A stretch of DNA of 64,000 nucleotides from NCBI GenBank assembly GCA_046565645.1, contig JBKHYD010000066.1:10528-74527 (forward strand), in the 5' to 3' direction. This DNA is from Acidimicrobiia bacterium. GTDB taxonomy: Bacteria > Actinomycetota > Acidimicrobiia > Acidimicrobiales > VFJN01. The notes under the pieces are model-generated. The model did no database searches. It was given only the letters and a program-made list of their open reading frames with translations, and was not told the origin of the DNA. The position numbers and the translations under genes are program-made. Below, in pieces: positions 58,435-64,000 of the stretch. How positions within the stretch are numbered: position 1 is the stretch's first letter; every line of letters begins with the position of its first letter.

Positions 58435-59685
58435 ATGCCCCGAGCCCGCCTCCGCCTCACCCTCGTCCTCGCACTCGCAGTGTCCGGGGCCGCCTGCGGC
58501 GACGACGACGCCGGGGCCCCCGCCTCCGACGGCCCGGTCGAGGAGGCCTCCGAACCAGCGGACTTCTCCGGGCGGGGCCCCTACGCGGTGGGACAGGTGG
58601 ACCTCCAGCTCGCCAGCGGACCGACCGTGGCCGTCTTCTACCCGGCCGAGCCCGACGCGGTGCCCGCCGGCGCCGAGCCCTACGCCTACTCGGGCGAGGA
58701 CGTCCTCGACCCGGCGATCGCCGCCCTGCTGCCCGAGGCCCTCTCCGGGGAGGTGGCTCCCGCCGACACGTGGGTCGAGGTGCCGGCCAGCGAGAGCGGA
58801 CCCTTCCCGCTGGTCCTGCACAGCCACGGGTTCTCGGGCAACGCCCGCTTCGCCAACCAGCACAACGCTGCGGTGGCGTCATGGGGGTACGTGGTGGCCG
58901 CGGTGGACCACCCCGAGCGCGGCCTCGAGGCGATCCTCGCCGCCTTCATCGGAGGTGAGGCCACCGCGCCGAGCGACGAGTACCTCGACAGCGACCAGCT
59001 GCTGGAGGCGCTCGACCTCCTCACCGGCGACGACGCCCTCGCCGGCACCCCGCTCGAGGGGGTCGTGGACGGCGAGCGGGTGGCCGCCGAAGGCCACAGC
59101 GCGGGTGGGAGCGCCTCCGGGACGGCCGCCTACGACGACCGGGTGGACCTCTGGCTCGGCCAGGCCCCGGCCACGCCCTACCAACCGGGCGCGGACCTCG
59201 ACGCCCTCCGCTCCGACGCCGACGGCGACCGGATCGACGCCGAGGCCCTCCTGGCCGCCACCACCCCTCCCGAGGTCCCGTCGCTCGTCATCGCGGCCGA
59301 GGGCGACAGCATCATCCCGCTGGCGCGGGTCCGGCAGGTCTTCGACTGGCTGAGGTCCCCCAAGCGGCTGGCCGTCATCGCCGGCAGCGGGCACGCCGTG
59401 TTCGTCGACCCCTGCGTGCCGATCCGCGAGGACGGCGGCCTGGCCGGCTTCGTGGAGGCCCTGGGCCTCGACCCGGCCGACGTGCCGCTGGTCGAGCTGG
59501 GCGAGAACGGCTGCCTCCCCGAGGACACCGACCCGCTCGAGGTCTGGGGGCTCATCGACCACCTCACGGTGGCGCAGCTCGAGGCGGTCCTCGGTGAGGA
59601 ACCCGCCGTCGGCGAGGCGTCGCTGGAGCGCTCGTTCCTCGACGCGACCTTCCCGGGCCTGCTGGCCGAGCTCGTCCTCGGATAG
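58435..59685 (+). CDS. Lipoprotein alpha/beta hydrolase (PAF-AH/chlorophyllase-like)
   Basis: Lipobox GAAC; GPYAVG, SHG, ASWGYVV, GHSAGG and GH..F motifs. Confidence 0.85.
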   Translation: MPRARLRLTLVLALAVSGAACGDDDAGAPASDGPVEEASEPADFSGRGPYAVGQVDLQLASGPTVAVFYPAEPDAVPAGAEPYAYSGEDVLDPAIAALLPEALSGEVAPADTWVEVPASESGPFPLVLHSHGFSGNARFANQHNAAVASWGYVVAAVDHPERGLEAILAAFIGGEATAPSDEYLDSDQLLEALDLLTGDDALAGTPLEGVVDGERVAAEGHSAGGSASGTAAYDDRVDLWLGQAPATPYQPGADLDALRSDADGDRIDAEALLAATTPPEVPSLVIAAEGDSIIPLARVRQVFDWLRSPKRLAVIAGSGHAVFVDPCVPIREDGGLAGFVEALGLDPADVPLVELGENGCLPEDTDPLEVWGLIDHLTVAQLEAVLGEEPAVGEASLERSFLDATFPGLLAELVLG

Positions 59686-59729
59686 GCGCGGCGGGCCGCT
59701 CGGCGCGACGGGCGACGTAGGTTCGGGCC

Positions 59730-60410
59730 ATGAGCGGCCCGAAGCACCACGATCACGACAGCCACGACGGCGACCACCGCAGCGGAGACCACTGCGGGCC
59801 CGAGTACTTCGACGAGGCGGCCGCCACGTGGGACGACGCGGCCAAGGTGGAGCGGTCCCAGGTGGTGGCCGAGGTGCTCGGCCAGACCCTTCCGCTCGGC
59901 CCCTCGACGAGGGTGCTCGAGTACGGGGCCGGCACCGGCCTGGTGACCCAGGCGCTGGCCGAGCTGGTCGGGTCGGTCACCCTCGCCGAACCGTCGGGCG
60001 GCATGCGCGAGGTCGTGGCGAGCAAGGTGGCCGCCGGCAGGCTGCCCGCCGAGGCGCGGGTGTGGGACCTGGACCTCACGCGGGACGATCCGCCCGACGA
60101 GCGCTTCGACCTCATCGTGACCGTCCTCGTGCTCCACCACATCCCCGAGCTCGGTCGCGTGCTGGAGGGCTTCGCGGCGCTGCTCGACGACGGCGGCCAC
60201 CTCGCCGTCGTCGACCTCGAGCAGGAGGACGGCTCCTTCCACGGCGAGGGGTTCGGGGGCCACCACGGCTTCGCGCGGGTCGACCTCGAGCAGCAGCTCG
60301 TCGCCGCCGGGTTCGCCGAGGTCGCGTTCCGGCCCTGCCACCACGTCGTGCGCGACACCGGTACCTACCCTCTCTTCCTCGCCACCGCCACCCGCCCGAC
60401 CCGCTCGTAG
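59730..60410 (+). CDS. Class I SAM-dependent methyltransferase with His-rich N-terminus
   Basis: VLEYGAGTG, FDLI, LHHI and DGSFH motifs. Confidence 0.9.
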   Translation: MSGPKHHDHDSHDGDHRSGDHCGPEYFDEAAATWDDAAKVERSQVVAEVLGQTLPLGPSTRVLEYGAGTGLVTQALAELVGSVTLAEPSGGMREVVASKVAAGRLPAEARVWDLDLTRDDPPDERFDLIVTVLVLHHIPELGRVLEGFAALLDDGGHLAVVDLEQEDGSFHGEGFGGHHGFARVDLEQQLVAAGFAEVAFRPCHHVVRDTGTYPLFLATATRPTRS

Positions 60411-60443
60411 CCCGCCGGCGCGCCCAGACGACGGCGGCTCGCC

Positions 60444-61229
60444 CTAGAACGGGACCTCGGTGCCCAGCAAGGGGTGGCGCCCGCCGAGGTCCGCCCGGCC
60501 GGACAGGATCCTGGCCAGCTCGACCGGATCGAGCTCGATCTCGGGGGCACCGCCGGTGGGGGCGTCGCTCGTGTAGGTGCCCCCTGCCGGGCCCGTCAGG
60601 TGGAGGACGAAGGCCTGGCCGTGGCGGCGCGCCCACTCGGCGACGACGTCGGCGATGATGCGACCGTCGTGGTCGGCGGTGAGGATCGGCTCGGCGCCGA
60701 TCGCCCGGGCGAGGTCGATGCGGTGGAGCCAGGCGTCGCGCGTGAGGATCACGTCGACGAGGTAGCCGAGGGTCCAGTGCTCGGTGCCGCTCCGCAGGGT
60801 CACGGGGAAGCGGAACCGCCGGCGCAGCAGCCCGGGCGTGCGGCGGCGACCGGCGGTCGCGGTGCGGACCAGCCGTCGGGCCTCGGCGAGCAGCTCCGGG
60901 ACGGTCAGCGCGGCGGTGAGCTCGATCTGGAGCGCCGTCATGATGTCGGTGGCGCTGCCCCCGTCGCGCCGCTGCCGTCGGGTCACCGCCAGCTGCTGGC
61001 GGGCCAGCTCCCGGACGGAGGCGGCCGAGCGCATCGCCCCGACCAGGTGGCCGGCGAGGTCCCGGACCGTCCACCCCTCGCAGTCGGTGGGGCGGCCCCA
61101 GGCCTCGGGTGGAAGGCCCTCGAGCAGGTCGACGAAGCGGCGGTAGGCCTCCTCGGCCAGCACCGGCGCCTCGGCGTGGTCGATGGGGGGGATCGTCCCG
61201 ATTGGGACGGGCTGGGTGGTGGTCGTCAT
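60444..61229 (-). CDS. Mycothiol-dependent maleylpyruvate isomerase (MDMPI/DinB) family protein
   Basis: PTDCEGWTVRDLAGHL and DAWLHRIDL motifs. Confidence 0.9.
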   Translation of the reverse strand: MTTTTQPVPIGTIPPIDHAEAPVLAEEAYRRFVDLLEGLPPEAWGRPTDCEGWTVRDLAGHLVGAMRSAASVRELARQQLAVTRRQRRDGGSATDIMTALQIELTAALTVPELLAEARRLVRTATAGRRRTPGLLRRRFRFPVTLRSGTEHWTLGYLVDVILTRDAWLHRIDLARAIGAEPILTADHDGRIIADVVAEWARRHGQAFVLHLTGPAGGTYTSDAPTGGAPEIELDPVELARILSGRADLGGRHPLLGTEVPF

Positions 61230-61852
61230 GTCGCCCTCCGTGAGCGCCTAGGCGCCGGGTCGGCCGGGATGCCGGCGTGGTCGCAGAACATGTCGACCGC
61301 GGGCCCGAGGAGTCGGGCCCAGCGGTCGCCGCCCGGGTCGTTCGAGATCTGCTGGTCGATGAGCCCGGTGATCAGGGCGGTGAAGAGGTCGACGTGCTCA
61401 GCGCGGTCCGCCCCCGCGGCGGCCAGCTGGCGCTGCACCCGCGAGAGGGCGCTCACCGCCAGCCCGTAGGACTCCCGAGACGGCTCGAAGCCGGGCAGCG
61501 TCCGCTGGAACAGCAGCTGGTAGCGCACGGGGTCGGCGGTGCAGAAGTCGAAGAAGGCTCGGGCGCCTCGGTGCACGTCGGCCCGGCTCACGTCCTCCTC
61601 GGGGTGGCCCGCCAGGTGGGCGGCGAGGGCGTGCTGGCCCTCGGCGAACAGGGCGTCGTAGATGGCGTCCTTGGACGGGAAGTAGGAGTACAGGCTCGGC
61701 GCCCGCAGCCCGACCGAGGCGGCCAGCTCCCGCAGCGAGAGCCCGGCCAGCCCGTTCCGTCGGCACAGCGCCCACGCCGCCTCGAGGATCTCCCGGCGGG
61801 TGTCCTCCCGCCGCCGGGCTCGCGGTGACGCCGCCGTCGCCGCCTCACCCAT
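61226..61852 (-). CDS. TetR family regulator (WHG-like)
   Basis: LSLRELAASVGLRAPSLYSYFPSK HTH; ATGA overlap with the MDMPI gene. Confidence 0.92.
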   Translation of the reverse strand: MGEAATAASPRARRREDTRREILEAAWALCRRNGLAGLSLRELAASVGLRAPSLYSYFPSKDAIYDALFAEGQHALAAHLAGHPEEDVSRADVHRGARAFFDFCTADPVRYQLLFQRTLPGFEPSRESYGLAVSALSRVQRQLAAAGADRAEHVDLFTALITGLIDQQISNDPGGDRWARLLGPAVDMFCDHAGIPADPAPRRSRRAT

Positions 61853-61863
61853 CGGCTTGCGTC

Positions 61864-61907
61864 CCGAACATCGATCGAATCTTCGAACACTGTAAGGGAA
61901 CTGTCAA
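61864..61907 (-). promoter_or_regulatory. Sigma70-type promoter TTGACA-N17-GAAGAT with two CGAACA-containing repeats (candidate TetR operators)
   Basis: Read directly upstream of the tetR gene. Confidence 0.55.
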
Positions 61908-61960
61908 CGGCGCACCCCTCCCGCTCGCACGCGACGGGGAACGTCGCCCAAGATCGACCG

Positions 61961-62437
61961 ATGAGCGACTCCTCCACCTTCGACGCCCGACCCCCGAGCG
62001 CGCCGGTCGTCGAGATCGCCCCCGAGGAGACCCACCACCTGCGGGCGACCGTGCTGCGCGGCCACCTCCCGGATCCGGACGTCGACTACCCCGCCGACCG
62101 GGCACCGGGGTCGTTCCACCTCGGGGTCCGCGACGGCGATCGGCTGGTGGCGGCGGCGTCGTTCTCGCTCGAGCCCGCCCCCGGTCACCCGGACCGCCCT
62201 GCCGCTCGCCTCCGGGGCATGGCCGTGGATCCGGCCCGGCGGGGCGAGGGCCTCGGCCGCGCCCTGCTGTCCGCGGCCGACCGGCGGCTGCGGGCCGCCG
62301 GGATCGAGCTGTGCTGGGCCAACGCCCGGACCAGCGCGCTCGGCTTCTACGAGGCCAACGGGTTCCGCACGGAGGGCGAGGAGTTCGAGAGCGTCGGCCT
62401 TCCCCACCGCGTCGTGGTGCGGCCCGTCGGCGGCTGA
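61961..62437 (+). CDS. GNAT N-acetyltransferase
   Basis: RLRGMAV...RGEGLG and NAR..A.GFY...GF motifs. Confidence 0.92.
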   Translation: MSDSSTFDARPPSAPVVEIAPEETHHLRATVLRGHLPDPDVDYPADRAPGSFHLGVRDGDRLVAAASFSLEPAPGHPDRPAARLRGMAVDPARRGEGLGRALLSAADRRLRAAGIELCWANARTSALGFYEANGFRTEGEEFESVGLPHRVVVRPVGG

Positions 62438-62589
62438 CCCACCCCGGACCCGCGCCGGTCGTGGCGCGCCGCCGCCGGGCGAGCCACTCGCCGCCACCCG
62501 GTAGAGCGTTGATCCCCCGCCTCACCACCGATCCCATGTTCGGAGCCAGGCCGGATCGATGGGGCTGTCGACGGTCGTCGCCGGTGCGG

Positions 62590-63783
62590 CTACGCGTCGT
62601 CGGGCAGCACGCCGACCTCCGGGTCGTCGGCCGTGACCAGACGATCGCGGCCCGACCGCTTGGCCTCGTAGAGGGCATCGTCGGCGCGCCGCAGGACGTC
62701 GTCCAGCGACTCGCCGGGCTGCAGCACCGCCAGCCCGGCCGAGAAGGTCACCCGGCCAGCCGGACCGCCCACCCAGGTGGAGTCTCGAGCCAGCTGGGCG
62801 CGCAGCCGCTCGATCGCCCGCTGCGCGGCGGTGACGGACGTGTCGGGCAAGGCGAGGAGGAACTCCTCGCCGCCCCAGCGGGCGAGCATGTCGCCCCTGC
62901 GCAGGGTCCTGGAAGCCTGCGCGGCAAAGAGGCGCAGCACCTGGTCTCCGGCGACGTGCCCGAGCGTGTCGTTCACCCACTTGAAGTGATCGAGGTCGAG
63001 GAGAGCCACGGCCAGCGGCTGGTGACGACGTCCGCTGCGCGCCGCCTCGCGCTCCAACCACTCGTTGATGTGACGACGGTTCGGCAGCCCGGTCAGCTCG
63101 TCGTGCAGGGCCAGCTGCTCCACCCGCTCGAGCGCGGCGCGGAGCTCGCGCCGTTGGCGCTGGTGGTCGATGCGCAGCTGGCTGAGCTGCCCCGCCAAGA
63201 CCGAGATGGTGGGCAGGACGATCACAGCGAACAACCCGTGCACGAGCTCGATCTCCGGCTCGAAGCGCTCGGGGCTGATGACGGCGCCGCCCGTCATGAC
63301 GGCCACCAGCACACCCGCCGCGACCCAGCCCAGCTGCCGGCAGCGCACCGGTTCCAGCGTGAACGCCCCGAAGACCAGCACCAGGCCCGCCAGCACCAGC
63401 AGGACGCCCCGGATGTGGTGGTCGATCAGGTAGGCCAGCGCGATCGAGACGACACCGAAGACCATCTGCGGCATGGTCAGCGCCGGTTCGGCGAACCGCT
63501 GGTTGTGACCTGAGCGGATGACGGCGTAGAAGGCGCTCACGCCGAGGAGGAGGTACAGCGAGAACCAGGCCGCGGTCGAGGCGGCGGTGTTCCCGAACCA
63601 CACCGCTTGCCACTGCAGCAGCACACAGAGGACGTACACCCCGCTCGCCATGAGCGTGCGCCGCAGGCGGAGGCGCTGCCGCGGCTCGGTCCCGAGCAGG
63701 AGGTCCAGCAGCGCCGCTGGCCCTGGCGGCCCCGTGGGCGCCTGGCCGATCGCGCGAGGCCTCACACCAACGACCTTCGGCAT
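62590..63783 (-). CDS. Membrane-bound diguanylate cyclase (GGEEF, RxxD I-site)
   Basis: About 6 TM segments; DELTGLPNRR, DLDHFK.VND..GH, RRGD-MLARW-GGEEF, ADDALYEAK; start uncertain. Confidence 0.92.
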   Translation of the reverse strand: MPKVVGVRPRAIGQAPTGPPGPAALLDLLLGTEPRQRLRLRRTLMASGVYVLCVLLQWQAVWFGNTAASTAAWFSLYLLLGVSAFYAVIRSGHNQRFAEPALTMPQMVFGVVSIALAYLIDHHIRGVLLVLAGLVLVFGAFTLEPVRCRQLGWVAAGVLVAVMTGGAVISPERFEPEIELVHGLFAVIVLPTISVLAGQLSQLRIDHQRQRRELRAALERVEQLALHDELTGLPNRRHINEWLEREAARSGRRHQPLAVALLDLDHFKWVNDTLGHVAGDQVLRLFAAQASRTLRRGDMLARWGGEEFLLALPDTSVTAAQRAIERLRAQLARDSTWVGGPAGRVTFSAGLAVLQPGESLDDVLRRADDALYEAKRSGRDRLVTADDPEVGVLPDDA

Positions 63784-63903
63784 GCCGGCGTGTCCGGAAC
63801 AGAGGCGAAGGTCCCGTCTCCCGCCAGCGCACGCGATCCGGACATCCGTGAGGGTGGTACCTTCAGCCGTCGGAGCTCCAGCTTCTGGGGGGAGGCGGGC
63901 GGT

Positions 63904-64000
63904 GTGACGAAGAGCGTGGCGCAGCGTCGGTCCCTCGGTGCCGTGATCGTGGTGCTGGTCACGATGGCGTGGTTCTCGGCGTCTGCAGGCGTGGCGGGAG
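63904..64000 (+). CDS. Partial secreted or membrane protein (signal peptide), runs off the window edge
   Basis: GGAGG RBS then GTG: MTKSVAQRRSLGAVIVVLVTMAWFSASAGVAG. Confidence 0.55.
   Translation, partial: MTKSVAQRRSLGAVIVVLVTMAWFSASAGVAG

Noticed and set aside
63762-63962. 66-aa minus-strand ORF upstream of the DGC
   Set aside because: No motif. It overlaps a better-supported plus-strand signal-peptide ORF with an RBS at 63904.

Overview
Very GC-rich actinobacterial chromosomal DNA. The gene content and the many leaderless genes suggest Acidimicrobiia, which is inference only. About 70 CDS and one tRNA-Ala(CGC) are supported. No integrase, transposase, prophage, rRNA or CRISPR array is visible. 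Most of the window is housekeeping or metabolic: nucleoside salvage, pepN, map, Moco synthesis, galU, plsY, uppP, tldD/E, dxs, nfuA, psuG and lipid/CoA enzymes. Most long ORFs in the six-frame track are GC-rich shadow frames. The items most worth follow-up are: an unannotated 39-aa protein with 7 Cys; a PhoD-PhoX pair each carrying a Tat signal and an LPATG sorting signal behind a PHO-box-like promoter; an intergenic cluster of GC-GNA-GC mini-hairpins; a two-copy REP/MITE-like palindrome; a SEC-C-fused MetAP; a TOPRIM-like motif in DUF3097; and a Glp/GlpR(SepX)-like locus. No single new system can be demonstrated from sequence alone. All family assignments come from motif recognition, not database searches.
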